Shown piece after piece: positions 10,390 through 20,017 of a stretch of 64,000 nt of DNA (position 1 is its first letter; the number at the start of each line of letters is the position of its first letter). Made by a program: the position numbers and the translations under genes. The notes below the pieces were generated by a model, which saw nothing but the letters and a program-made list of their open reading frames with translations, made no database searches and was not told where the DNA came from. This stretch comes from Alphaproteobacteria bacterium (lineage in GTDB: Bacteria; Pseudomonadota; Alphaproteobacteria; CALKHQ01): NCBI GenBank assembly GCA_965227515.1, contig CBDDFZ010000001.1, positions 2,688,001 through 2,752,000 on the forward strand, read 5' to 3'.

Positions 10390-10934
10390 GCGAAGGCTCA
10401 GTGTCGGATGGGGGGCGGCTGACGACCCCCATGCCATTGACGGCCGATCACGACCTTTCGAGTTTCGATTGCGGCGAGCCTGCGCTGAATGACTGGTTGC
10501 GGCACAGGGCATTGAAGAATGAAAGCCGCTTCTCCCGAGCCTACGTGGTGTGCGAGGGCCAGAAGGTCATCGGCTACTATTGCATCTCCGCCGGGTCCAT
10601 CGAGCGGGCGTATGCCCCTGGCAAGGTCCGCCGCAATGCGCCTGACGCGATACCGATATCCGTGATCGGTCGCCTCGCGGTCAGCCGGCACCATGCCGGT
10701 CGAGGCATCGGAGCCGATCTGTTGGCCGATGCATTGCGCCGTATCGCCGCCGCGTCGAGGAATATCGGCATTGCGGCTGTGCTGGTTCAGGCGAAGGGCG
10801 ATGCCGCACGGCGGTTCTACCTCCGCTGTGCGGAGTTCATCGAGTATCCTGACGATAGCCGAACCCTGTTCTTGCCGATCGATACCATCGTGGCGGCGCT
10901 GGGCGATTTGCAGGAGCGACCGGAGCGTAAGTGA
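10386..10934 (+). CDS. GNAT acetyltransferase toxin (TacT/AtaT type)
   Basis: HDLSSFDCGEPALNDWL, IGYY, RRNAPDAIP..IGRLAV..HAGRGIG.DLL.DAL, A..FY; coupled to the DUF1778 gene. Confidence 0.9.
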   Translation: MSEGSVSDGGRLTTPMPLTADHDLSSFDCGEPALNDWLRHRALKNESRFSRAYVVCEGQKVIGYYCISAGSIERAYAPGKVRRNAPDAIPISVIGRLAVSRHHAGRGIGADLLADALRRIAAASRNIGIAAVLVQAKGDAARRFYLRCAEFIEYPDDSRTLFLPIDTIVAALGDLQERPERK

Positions 10935-11815
10935 AGATGACGAAGAGCGAGACGCCCCCAACTCACATCGACGGCATGGCCGCGCTGGCAGACCGCTACG
11001 ACGCGTTCGTGGTCGACCAGTTCGGCGTGCTGCACGCGGGCGCGCAGGCGTTCCACGGCGTTGTCGATGCTCTGCGCGCCATCAAAGAGCGCGGCAAGCC
11101 ATTGATCATCCTGTCGAATTCGGGAAAGCGCGCGGCGGTGAACGCCGATCGCATGGTGGAGCTTGGCATTCCGCGCGATCTCTACACAGACATCGTCACG
11201 TCCGGCGAAGTGACGTGGAGCGCGCTGTGCGAACGCAAAGATCCGCGGTTCGCGGCGCTCGGGCAGCGTTGCGTGCTGCTGGCTCATGGCGCCGACACCT
11301 CGGTGGTCGACGGCAGCGGCGTGGAGATCGTGAACGATGTGGCCGACGCGGACTTCATTTTGGTCGGCGGGCTCAACCCCGGCGGGCCGTCCATCGACGA
11401 TCTGCTGGAAACCCTGACCGAGGGCGGCACTTCGCTCAAGCCGATGATCTGCGCCAATCCCGATCTCGTCGGTCCGACGCCGAGCGGGCTGACCGTCACA
11501 CCGGGCACGCTGGCCCGCCGCTACCAGGCCATCGGCGGCGAGGTGATCACCATCGGCAAGCCGCACCGCGAGGTCTACGAGGCCTGCCGGGGCCTGCTCG
11601 GAAATGTGCCGCGCGACCGGGTGTGCGCGGTCGGCGATTCGGTGGAGCATGACATTGCCGGCGGCATCGCCGCGGGCCTCGCCACCGCCTTCATCATGGG
11701 CGGTATCCATGGCGACGTGTTCGCGGACGGCGGCGACCCGGTGGCCGCCTATGGCGCCCTGCATGCCGACTATGGCTGCTCGCCCGACTGGTTGGTCCCA
11801 CTGTTCCGGTGGTGA
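10931..11815 (+). CDS. HAD-superfamily class IIA hydrolase
   Basis: VDQFGVLH, ILSNS, CANPD, IGKP and VGDSVEHDIAG motifs. Confidence 0.9.
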   Translation: MKMTKSETPPTHIDGMAALADRYDAFVVDQFGVLHAGAQAFHGVVDALRAIKERGKPLIILSNSGKRAAVNADRMVELGIPRDLYTDIVTSGEVTWSALCERKDPRFAALGQRCVLLAHGADTSVVDGSGVEIVNDVADADFILVGGLNPGGPSIDDLLETLTEGGTSLKPMICANPDLVGPTPSGLTVTPGTLARRYQAIGGEVITIGKPHREVYEACRGLLGNVPRDRVCAVGDSVEHDIAGGIAAGLATAFIMGGIHGDVFADGGDPVAAYGALHADYGCSPDWLVPLFRW

Positions 11816-11821
11816 CGCGGG

Positions 11822-12871
11822 CTACCCTGCCATAGCCTCCAGGTCGGCGCGGGCGAGGCCGACGCCCTCGCCGGTGGTCAGAATCTCCTCCCACGTCGTG
11901 TCGTCGAGCGGTATGCCGTCGCGCCCCCGCGCCGCGCGGTTGCGGAACTCCACCTCGCCGGGGAACAGCACCTCGCCGCCCTCCGTCGCCGGCGGGGAGG
12001 CGGTCACCCAGTCGCGGAAGCGAATGACCTCCTTCGCGAACGCGTCGCGGTCGACCAGCGGCGAGGGGTCGAACGCGATAACCGTCCAGGTGTTCTCCAG
12101 CACCTTGGCGCCGGGCGCAGTGCAACCGCCGCCGGACAGCGCGCCGGACAGGATGTCGGTCAGGATGTTGAGGCCGGAACCCTTGTGGCCGCCCACCGGC
12201 AGGATGGCGCCGCCGGCATAGAAGTCGCGCGCGTCGGTCGTCGGGTTGCCGTCCTTGTCGATGATGGTGTTGGGCGGCACCGGCTGGCCCTTGTTCTTGG
12301 CGACGAAGAGCTTGCCCTCCGCGCTGGCGGCGGTGGTGATGTCGAGCAGGATCGGGTCCTGTCCCGGCATCGGCACGCAGATCGCCATCGGGCTGGGCGA
12401 CAGGCGCCGGTCGCTGCCGCCGAACGGGGTCACCATCATGCCCATGCCGGTGGTGTTGAGGAACTGGAGGGAGATCAGGCCATGTGCGGCCAGCATCTCG
12501 CCCCACTCGCCCAGCCGGCCCAGGTGGCCGGCGCGCCGCATGGTGACCATGGCGATGCCGCTGGTCTTGGCCTTCTTCGCGACCAGGGCCACGGCCTCCT
12601 CGCCGATCACCTGGCCGAAGCCGAAATTGCCGTCCAGCAGCGCCATGGTCGGGGTCTCGTTGACGATGGACATGCTCTTGCCGGGGCTGACGCGGCCGTT
12701 CTTCACGAACGCGATGTAGCGGCTGATGCGGATGACGCCGTGGCTGTCGTGGCCGCAGAGGTTGGAATCGACCAGGTGGCGCGCGACGCAGGCCGCTTCC
12801 TCCGGCGTCGAGCCCGCGGCCTCGAAAATGGCGGCGCCCACCCGCGTCAGCGCGTCCGACTGAATCAGCAT
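11822..12871 (-). CDS. Ldh_2 (malate/lactate/ureidoglycolate) family oxidoreductase
   Basis: NLCGHDSHG, DGNFGFGQV, HLGRLG, LDITT and GGHKGSGL; start moved to ATG 12871, which follows GGAGGGG. Confidence 0.9.
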   Translation of the reverse strand: MLIQSDALTRVGAAIFEAAGSTPEEAACVARHLVDSNLCGHDSHGVIRISRYIAFVKNGRVSPGKSMSIVNETPTMALLDGNFGFGQVIGEEAVALVAKKAKTSGIAMVTMRRAGHLGRLGEWGEMLAAHGLISLQFLNTTGMGMMVTPFGGSDRRLSPSPMAICVPMPGQDPILLDITTAASAEGKLFVAKNKGQPVPPNTIIDKDGNPTTDARDFYAGGAILPVGGHKGSGLNILTDILSGALSGGGCTAPGAKVLENTWTVIAFDPSPLVDRDAFAKEVIRFRDWVTASPPATEGGEVLFPGEVEFRNRAARGRDGIPLDDTTWEEILTTGEGVGLARADLEAMAG

Positions 12872-12984
12872 GTTGTCCCCTCCGGCATGATGTCGTTTCT
12901 TGCGGCGCGCCATTAAGGTCGCTAACAGGCGCGTTGTCCACGCGGTTTCCGGGCCGTCACGGTGCGCAGCAAAAGGGGTGCGAT

Positions 12985-13335
12985 ATGACCGAACTGATCT
13001 ACCACCTGGCGGCGGCCTCGGCCTGGGAGGCGGCGACGGGTGCCGGTGCCTACAGCGGTGCGGAGGAGGATCGGGCCGACGGCTTCCTGCACTTCTCGAC
13101 CAAGGAGCAGATCGCGGAGAGCGCCGCGCGGCACAAGGCCGGGCGCACTGATCTGGTGCTGCTGGCGGTCGACGTGGCGTCGCTGGGCGATGCCCTGAAG
13201 TGGGAGCCGTCGCGCGGCGGTGCCCTGTTCCCCCACCTCTATGGCGACGTGCCGCTGAGTGCCGTGCGCGCCGCGGTGCCGCTCAAGGTGGGTCCCGACG
13301 GACGGCATGTGATGCCGGGGTTCGGCGAGGGCTGA
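12985..13335 (+). CDS. DUF952 family protein
   Basis: LIYH, DRADGFLHFST and LKWEPSRGGALFPHLYG motifs. Confidence 0.9.
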   Translation: MTELIYHLAAASAWEAATGAGAYSGAEEDRADGFLHFSTKEQIAESAARHKAGRTDLVLLAVDVASLGDALKWEPSRGGALFPHLYGDVPLSAVRAAVPLKVGPDGRHVMPGFGEG

Positions 13336-13337
13336 GG

Positions 13338-13847
13338 GTGTCGACGGCTGGCGCGCCGGCGGGGGTTTCGATTCGCCCGGCGGGACCGGAGGATGCGGAC
13401 GCCGTCTGGGCGATCCTGGAGCCGGTGATCCGGGCCGGCGACACCTACGCCCTGGACGCGGACATGAGCCACGACGCGGCCTTGGCCAATTGGACGGGGC
13501 CCGACCGGGAGACGTTCGTGGCGACCCAGGAAGGTGAGATCGTCGGCACCTATTACCTGCGCGCCAACCAGGCCGGCGGCGGCGCCCATGTCTGCAATTG
13601 CGGCTACGTGACCGCCCAGGCAGCCGCCGGGCGCGGCGTGGCGCGCGCCATGTGCACCCATTCGCTGGACCATGCCAAGGCGCGCGGGTTCAGCGCCATG
13701 CAGTTCAACTTCGTCGTGGAGACCAACCGCCGCGCGGTGCGCCTGTGGCAGACCTTCGGGTTCGAGACCGTTGGGCGGTTGCCGCGCGCGTTCCGCCACC
13801 CGACCGAAGGCCTGGTCGACGCGCTGGTGATGTATCGGGAATTATGA
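13338..13847 (+). CDS. GNAT family N-acetyltransferase
   Basis: IRAGDTYA, GTYYLRANQAGGGAHVCNCGY, GRGVARAM, MQFNFVVETN and DALVMYR; start estimated at GTG 13338. Confidence 0.85.
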   Translation: MSTAGAPAGVSIRPAGPEDADAVWAILEPVIRAGDTYALDADMSHDAALANWTGPDRETFVATQEGEIVGTYYLRANQAGGGAHVCNCGYVTAQAAAGRGVARAMCTHSLDHAKARGFSAMQFNFVVETNRRAVRLWQTFGFETVGRLPRAFRHPTEGLVDALVMYREL

Positions 13848-14013
13848 CTAGTGTGGTGGATTCGAAGTTCGTCCGATTATCGCCGCAGCCATCTTGACGA
13901 ACTTCGAAACCAGAAACCACACTAGATTCAATAACTTGCTAGTGTCCCAATCGAATCTGAAGTTCGATCGAGGCCAGCAAACACTGTTACGAACTTCAGA
14001 TTCGGGACACTAG
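13848..14013. repeat. Composite double-hairpin palindromic element (CTAG-bounded, MITE/REP-like)
   Basis: ctagtgtggtggattcgaagttcgtc..gacgaacttcgaaaccagaaaccacactag, spacer attcaataacttg, then ctagtgtcccaatcgaatctgaagttcg..cgaacttcagattcgggacactag; lies between convergent genes. Confidence 0.75.
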
Positions 14014-14025
14014 GGTCCGGGCCGG

Positions 14026-14433
14026 CTAAGCCGTCACTTCTGCCACCCGGGCACGCCACCGTCCGGTCACCAGACGCTCCACCAGGCGATAATGGGCGGG
14101 CGGCAACCCATCGAACCGAACGCCGATGGCGCGGGCCAGGCGGTAGTGGCGGGTCAGCCGTACGCCAAAACGCAGCGCCGGCTCGTCGCCCGCACGCAGC
14201 ACCAACTGCACGATATCGTCGGTGTTCAGCCGCCTCATGATCGAGCCGGGGACGCCCGCGCAGCCGATGCGCATGCCGCCCAGGCTGACGTCCAGCACCT
14301 CGACCGCGGCACCTTCCAGCTCGGCGGCGAGCAACAGCGCCCGGCGCCGGTCGCGGCGCCGCTCGATCCGTGTGTAACCCTTCAACCTGCGGCGAATCAT
14401 GCCGATATCCACAAAGTGCTGTAAGTTCTTCAC
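14026..14433 (-). CDS. PilZ-domain protein
   Basis: ERRRDRR (RxxxR) and DVSLGG (D/NxSxxG) c-di-GMP-binding motifs; GVRF near the C-terminus. Confidence 0.8.
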   Translation of the reverse strand: MKNLQHFVDIGMIRRRLKGYTRIERRRDRRRALLLAAELEGAAVEVLDVSLGGMRIGCAGVPGSIMRRLNTDDIVQLVLRAGDEPALRFGVRLTRHYRLARAIGVRFDGLPPAHYRLVERLVTGRWRARVAEVTA

Positions 14434-14528
14434 AGTTGGCGCGGATTACCGCCACATTTCACGGCAATATACCCCGTGACCGATTAACGGCAGTTTTCCG
14501 CGCGCAAAAGATTTCGGTGGGGCAGACG

Positions 14529-16694
14529 ATGATCAAATCCCGGAAACGCAACATCTGGCGCAGCAGCAGTGCGATGGCGGGCATCGCGCTGGCGGCCATC
14601 GCCGGCAGCGCCACGGGCGCGCTGGCGGAGACGCATGCGCTGCTGGTCGGCGTGACCGAATATCCGAACCTGGACGAGCGCCTGTGGCTGAACGGCCCGA
14701 TGAACGATGTGGCGCTGGTGGAATCCGTGCTGCTGGAGCAGGGCCTGTCCGACGAGCAGATCACCGTGCTGTCGGAGGCCGAGGATGCCGATGGCCAACC
14801 CACCCGTGCCGCCATTCTGGGTGAGCTCGACCGCCTGATCGCGGAAGTGGCGCCGGGCGACTTTGTCTATCTGCACATGGGCGGCCACGGCTCGCAGCAA
14901 CCGGCGATGGACGAGAACGACGAGTCCGAGCTGGACGGCCTGGACGAGATCTTCCTGCCGCGCGATGTCGGTGCGTGGGACGGCCAGGTCGGCTCGGTGG
15001 AAAATGCCATCGTCGACAACGACTTGCAGCCGCGCATGGAGGCCTTGCGTGACGCCGGTGCATTCGTGTTTGCCGTGTTCGACAGCTGCCATTCCGGCAC
15101 CATGGTGCGGGCGATCGACACCGAGGAGGTGGACCGCCGCCTGGACCCGACCCTGCTGGGCATTCCCGATGCCGCGCTTGCCGAGGCAGCCGCCGACGCG
15201 CCGGCCACCCGTGGCGGCCCGGCATCCGAGGAAGGCGTGCTCGACCTGCATGAGAGCGACAGCGATGGCCCCGGTGGCTTCGTTGCGTTCTATGCCGCGC
15301 AGACCACCGAGACGACGCCGGAGATGCGGCTGCCGGCCGGCGATCCCAATCGCCAGACCTATGGCCTGTTCAGCTACACCATCGCAACGATCCTGGCGTC
15401 GAACCCCGGCATCACCTATCGCCAGGCGACGCAGCAGATCCTGGCCGAGTATGCCGGCGGCAACCGCCGCGCGCCGACGCCGCTGTTCGAGGGCACGGCG
15501 GCGGACATGGACCGCATCATGATGGGTGGTGCGCCGTCCGACACCGTGCGCCAGTGGCCGGTGACCGAGGACCGCGGCACCTACCGCCTGCCGGCCGGAC
15601 AACTGCACCAGGTCTCCGACGGCGCCATCATGGCGGTCATGGAGAGCGCCACCGCGCCCTCCGGCGCCCAGCCGCTGGGCTATGCCGCTGTCTACAGCGC
15701 CCAGGTGGTGCACAGCTTCGTCGAGCCGATCGCCTATGACGGCGCGGCCGTTCTCGACGAGATTCCGGAAGGCGCCTTCCTGCGCCTGGTCGACGCGCAG
15801 TTTACCGTCAGCCTGACCGTGGCGCTGCCGGAGGAGACCACGGCCGCTGCTATCGCCGAGGCGCCGGCCCACGCCGAGATCGAGCGCCTGCTGACGGACG
15901 GCCTGCCTGGCCTGGATGTCCGGTGGGTGGACGCACACCAGACGGCGGACCTGCGGCTGGTCATCGTCGACGGCAAGCTCTGGTTCGCGCCGCCTTCGGG
16001 CGCCATCGTGACCGAGGGCCCGGCGCGCACGCCTGCGCTGACGATCCCCGACGCTACTGACCAGGTCGGCATGGCCGAGTTCCGCGTCGCACTGGAAGAG
16101 AACATCGAGAAGGTGGCGCGCGTCTCGACCCTGTTCCGGCTGTCGGCCGAGCTGGCGGCGACCGAGGTCGGGCGCGGGCTGGACCTGTCGTTCGAGGTCG
16201 AGCGCGCCGATGGCAGCGGTGTCGAGCGGTTCACCCTGACCGACTTCCCGACCCTGCACGACGGCGACGAACTGCGCTTCTTCGTCACCAACAATTCCGA
16301 GCAGGTCATGGACCTGACCGCGCTGTTCATCGACGCCAAGTTCGCGGTCATCCCGTGGTTCCCCTATCAGGGTGAATCCAACCGCATGGGTCCGGGCGAG
16401 ACCCTGGAGTCGTCGCTGATCGTGAACCTGGAGACCGTGGGCGTGGAGCAGTTCCTGTTCGTTGCCGCCGCGGTGCAGCCGCAGGCGCCGCGCGCCGACT
16501 TCTCGTTCCTGGCCCAGACCGGGCTCGCGACCCGCTCGATCTTCGCGCCCAGCGCGGTGGAGAACGCTTCGACCGTGCTGGACGTGATGCGCGAGGCGGG
16601 ACTGGAAGAGGTGGCCACCCGTGGCGGTGGCCGGGGAGGCGGCGCAACCGCGCTCGCGACCATGTCGGCGTTCAGTTGGACAGTGTCGGAGTAA
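14529..16694 (+). CDS. Exported caspase-family (peptidase C14) protease with C-terminal DUF4384-like beta domain
   Basis: Signal peptide ending ALA; HALLVGV..Y, LNGPMNDV, HMGGHGSQ (catalytic His), E.DGLDEIFLP.D and FDSCHSG (catalytic Cys); C-terminal L..GD...F.V.N domain. Confidence 0.85.
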   Translation: MIKSRKRNIWRSSSAMAGIALAAIAGSATGALAETHALLVGVTEYPNLDERLWLNGPMNDVALVESVLLEQGLSDEQITVLSEAEDADGQPTRAAILGELDRLIAEVAPGDFVYLHMGGHGSQQPAMDENDESELDGLDEIFLPRDVGAWDGQVGSVENAIVDNDLQPRMEALRDAGAFVFAVFDSCHSGTMVRAIDTEEVDRRLDPTLLGIPDAALAEAAADAPATRGGPASEEGVLDLHESDSDGPGGFVAFYAAQTTETTPEMRLPAGDPNRQTYGLFSYTIATILASNPGITYRQATQQILAEYAGGNRRAPTPLFEGTAADMDRIMMGGAPSDTVRQWPVTEDRGTYRLPAGQLHQVSDGAIMAVMESATAPSGAQPLGYAAVYSAQVVHSFVEPIAYDGAAVLDEIPEGAFLRLVDAQFTVSLTVALPEETTAAAIAEAPAHAEIERLLTDGLPGLDVRWVDAHQTADLRLVIVDGKLWFAPPSGAIVTEGPARTPALTIPDATDQVGMAEFRVALEENIEKVARVSTLFRLSAELAATEVGRGLDLSFEVERADGSGVERFTLTDFPTLHDGDELRFFVTNNSEQVMDLTALFIDAKFAVIPWFPYQGESNRMGPGETLESSLIVNLETVGVEQFLFVAAAVQPQAPRADFSFLAQTGLATRSIFAPSAVENASTVLDVMREAGLEEVATRGGGRGGGATALATMSAFSWTVSE

Positions 16695-16849
16695 CCGCAG
16701 GCCCGTTGCATTCGTTCCAAAAGCGGCGACAGTCGCGCGAAGTATCCGGCGGATGCAGCATTGACGTTACGGCGGTCTTTTGGTTCCTACCCCGCGAGGG
16801 ATAATCGAAGACTGGCGAATCTCGTTTCTTTTCAATCGGGAGAGTACTG

Positions 16850-17557
16850 ATGATCGGTTTCAAACACATCCGCAAGACGGGCGCCGTGACCACCGCGACG
16901 GCTGTGGTGGCGCTGGCCGCCTCGGTGGCGTTCGCGGAGGGCATCCAGTCCAACATCTCCGATGTGCAGCCGGAGGACACGACTGCGGTCGATGCGATCC
17001 AGACCATCGCAATGGCCCAGCGTCTGGCCACCTATGCCATGAACACCAACGATCCGCTGCTGCTGATCGCGGCGGCGCGCATCGCCAACCAGTTCGAGGT
17101 CGGCGATGCCGAGATCGCGCCGCGCGACACCGACGAGGAAATCGCGTCGGACAGCCCGGCGATGCAGACCGCGGGCGAGATGCTGGCGATGGCGCGTGAG
17201 CTGGCCGGCGACCGCCAGGACCTGATCCTGCTGATCGAGGACGTCGAGGCCGAGAGCGCGCGCGGCAGCCTGTATGGCGCGGGCAGCTACGAAGGCTATA
17301 TCGCCGGCTACGACAACCTCTACTACGACGAGGCGTTCGAGGGCGGCGTGCCGGCCATCGTGGAGCTGACCGGCCACAACCCGTCTGACCTGGACCTGTG
17401 GATCTATGACGAGTTCGGCAACGAGATCTGCAGCTCCACCAGCTACTCCTCGTTCGAGAGCTGCCAGTGGACCCCGCGCTGGACCGGCGGCTTCACCATC
17501 CGGGTGGAGAACGAGGGCCACGCCCAGGGCAGCTATTTCACTCTGTGGACTAACTAA
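16850..17557 (+). CDS. Exported protein: helical N-domain, SARG linker and PPC-like beta-sandwich C-domain
   Basis: Signal peptide (AFA); DPLLLIAAARIA helix; ESARGS; DLDLWIYDEFGNEIC...C.WTPRWTG.FTIRVEN. Confidence 0.7.
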   Translation: MIGFKHIRKTGAVTTATAVVALAASVAFAEGIQSNISDVQPEDTTAVDAIQTIAMAQRLATYAMNTNDPLLLIAAARIANQFEVGDAEIAPRDTDEEIASDSPAMQTAGEMLAMARELAGDRQDLILLIEDVEAESARGSLYGAGSYEGYIAGYDNLYYDEAFEGGVPAIVELTGHNPSDLDLWIYDEFGNEICSSTSYSSFESCQWTPRWTGGFTIRVENEGHAQGSYFTLWTN

Positions 17558-17604
17558 GGTCCGGTACTCTTCGCCATGGCTTTATGCCGTGGGCAATAGT
17601 GGTT

Positions 17605-17639
17605 ATGAAGGCGGGCATCGGCCCGCCTTCATTCGTTTT
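17605..17639 (+). terminator. Rho-independent terminator
   Basis: ATGAAGGCGGGC-ATCG-GCCCGCCTTCAT 12-bp stem followed by TCGTTTT. Confidence 0.65.
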
Positions 17640-17677
17640 GGATGCTTGGCGGGCGGCACGAAACCCGGAGAGGCCAC

Positions 17678-18673
17678 ATGCGAAACGCCGGACGGTTCGA
17701 ACTGGCCACAATGGCCGTTACGTTGGCCTCAGGATTTGCCATGAGTGCGACAGGGACCAGCGCGGTTGCCCAAGGCGCGGACGAGCCCGTCGTGGCCACC
17801 GGCCCGGTCAGCGAATTGCACGGCAGCATGATGGGCCACGTCGCCGGCGAGGACCATCCGGTCCTGTTGATCATCCCAGGGTCCGGTCCGACCGACCGCG
17901 ACGGCAACAGCCCGCTCGGCATCACCGCCGGTACATATCGCCTGTTGGCGTCCGACCTCGCCGCGCGCGGCATCACCACCATCCGCATCGACAAGCGCGG
18001 CATGTTCGAGAGCGCGGCGGACAACGTCGACCCCAACGCCATCACCATCGAGGACTATGCCGACGACGTGCGCGCCTGGGTGTCGGCGGCGATGCAGGCG
18101 ACCGGCGCGTCGTGCGTCTGGCTCGCCGGCCACTCCGAGGGCGGGCTGGTGGCGCTGGCCACCGTGCAGGATGCCCAGAACGTGTGCGGCGTGCTGCTGA
18201 TCGCGGCACCCGGCCGCCGGCTGAGCGACGTCATGCGCGAGCAATTGCGCGCCAACCCCGCCAACGCGTTCCTGTTGGACGACGCCATGGCGGTGATCGA
18301 CGCGCTGGAGGCCGGCAGCACCGCCGACGTCGGCGAGATGCACCCGGCGCTGCAGCAGCTGTTTCACCCGGCGGTGCAGGACTTCCTGATCAGCATCTAC
18401 TCCTACGACCCCGCCGTGCTGATGGCAGGGTATGACGGGCCGGTCCTGGTGGTGCAGGGCGACGCCGACCTGCAGGTGACGGTGGAGGACGCCGAGGCCC
18501 TGGCGTCCGGGCGCGATGACGTCAGCCCGGTGATCCTGCCGGGTGTGAACCACGTGCTGAAGGAAGCGCCGGCGGACGACCGCGATGCCAATCTGGCGAC
18601 CTATTCGGAGCCGAACCTGCCATTGGCGCCCGGCGTGGTCTCGACCATCGCCGCATTCGTGACCCCCGAATAG
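17678..18673 (+). CDS. Exported alpha/beta hydrolase
   Basis: IIPGSGPTDRDGN, RIDKRG, GHSEG nucleophile elbow, QGDADLQV and GVNHVLK; ATG 17678 follows GGAGAGG. Confidence 0.9.
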   Translation: MRNAGRFELATMAVTLASGFAMSATGTSAVAQGADEPVVATGPVSELHGSMMGHVAGEDHPVLLIIPGSGPTDRDGNSPLGITAGTYRLLASDLAARGITTIRIDKRGMFESAADNVDPNAITIEDYADDVRAWVSAAMQATGASCVWLAGHSEGGLVALATVQDAQNVCGVLLIAAPGRRLSDVMREQLRANPANAFLLDDAMAVIDALEAGSTADVGEMHPALQQLFHPAVQDFLISIYSYDPAVLMAGYDGPVLVVQGDADLQVTVEDAEALASGRDDVSPVILPGVNHVLKEAPADDRDANLATYSEPNLPLAPGVVSTIAAFVTPE

Positions 18674-18975
18674 GTTACACATCGGCCCGCTGGCGGCCGT
18701 GGGCCGGGCGCAACACCTGACCAATTTGAACCAATAAACTCTGATCGGTCCACAAACCGGTCAGGAATTGGTCCGATTTTGGCACGAAATCTGTATACCA
18801 AATTGGCTGGCGGGCTATAGTTCGAGCCACAGGAGCGCCTTGTCAGGCCCTCCGGTCGCGGCCAATACGCCACAAGAGAACGACTAACCGCCAAGGGCAC
18901 CGTGACCAAAGTGCATGCGAGGAGGTGGGTACGTATGCACGTGCGCACCAGCACAAGCGTGAAGGGAGAACGAGA

Positions 18976-19926
18976 ATGACGCACCGTGTAACGCTGGCCG
19001 GCATTGTGTTGGCCACAGCCGTGGGCGCCGCGCCCGCGCTGGCCGATTCCGACGATCCGATCAAGATTCCGATCCACAACTGGTCGAGCCAGATTGTCGG
19101 CGCGCACATCGTCGGCGATATCCTGGCCGAGGCCGGCTACGAGGTCGAATACATCCCGGCGGACAGCCAGGTGGTCTACACCTCGATGTGCGAGGGCGAT
19201 ATCGACCTGGTCCACGAGGTCTGGCAGGGCGCATTCGGCGTCGCCTTCGAGGCGGTGGTCGACGAGGGCTGCGTCATCGACGCCGCGACCCACGACGCCA
19301 AGACCCGCGAGGAGTGGTGGTACCCGGCCTATGTCGCCGACCTGTGCCCCGGCCTGCCGGACTGGGAGGCGCTGAATGCCTGCGCCGAGCTGTTCGCCAC
19401 CCCGGAGACCGAGCCGCAAGGCCGTTTCCTGGCCGGACCGGTGGACTGGCTGAAGCACGACCAGGAGCGTGTCGACGGCCTGGGCATGGAGTTCCAGGTG
19501 GTCAACGCGGGCTCCGCCGCCGCACTTTGGGCCGAGCTGGAATCCGCGTCCGCCCGCGAGCAGCCGATCGTGCTGTTCAACTGGACGCCGAACTTCATCG
19601 AGGCGCTGTACGAAGGCGCGTTCGTCGAATTCCCGGAATATGACGAAGCCTGCCGCGAAGACCCGTCGTGGGGCGTGAACCCGGAACTTTCCTATGACTG
19701 CGGTAACCCGAAGGACGGCTATCTGAAGATCGGCGTCTGGGAGGGCTTCCCGGAGAACTGGCCGGAGGCCTACGCCATCGTGCAGGCGATGAACTTCAGC
19801 AACCTGGACATCGCCGTCATGGCCAAGCTGGCCGATGTCGACGGCATGGAGCCGGAAGAAGCGGCCGCGCAGTGGATGGCCGACAACGAGGACAAGTGGC
19901 GTCCCTGGCTCGGCGCGGCTGACTGA
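18976..19926 (+). CDS. tmoX: ABC substrate-binding protein, ProX family, TmoX (TMAO-binding)-like
   Basis: DSDDPIKIPIHNWSSQIV, TREEWWYP, CPGLPDW.ALN.C, GPVDWLKH, NAGSAAALWAE, FNWTPNF and YDCGNP match my recollection of roseobacter TmoX. Confidence 0.75.
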   Translation: MTHRVTLAGIVLATAVGAAPALADSDDPIKIPIHNWSSQIVGAHIVGDILAEAGYEVEYIPADSQVVYTSMCEGDIDLVHEVWQGAFGVAFEAVVDEGCVIDAATHDAKTREEWWYPAYVADLCPGLPDWEALNACAELFATPETEPQGRFLAGPVDWLKHDQERVDGLGMEFQVVNAGSAAALWAELESASAREQPIVLFNWTPNFIEALYEGAFVEFPEYDEACREDPSWGVNPELSYDCGNPKDGYLKIGVWEGFPENWPEAYAIVQAMNFSNLDIAVMAKLADVDGMEPEEAAAQWMADNEDKWRPWLGAAD

Positions 19927-19941
19927 GGCCACGCGCAGTTC

Positions 19942-19973
19942 GGCCGGGCGGTAGCGTTCGAATCCGCCCGGCC
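19942..19973 (+). terminator. Intergenic stem-loop after the substrate-binding gene (attenuator or mRNA stabiliser)
   Basis: GGCCGGGCGG...CCGCCCGGCC 10-bp stem with no U tract. Confidence 0.4.
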
Positions 19974-20017
19974 ACACATCCCATTGGGGGCGCGGCTGCT
20001 GCCCCTGCCTCAAATGC

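Noticed and set aside
18779-18796. Sigma-54 promoter TTGGCACG upstream of the TmoX-like gene
   Set aside because: The -12 element reads CTGT rather than TTGC, too weak to call.
19942-19980. GTTCGAATCC resembling a tRNA T-loop
   Set aside because: No T-stem pairing, cloverleaf or CCA end; it is the loop of a simple hairpin.
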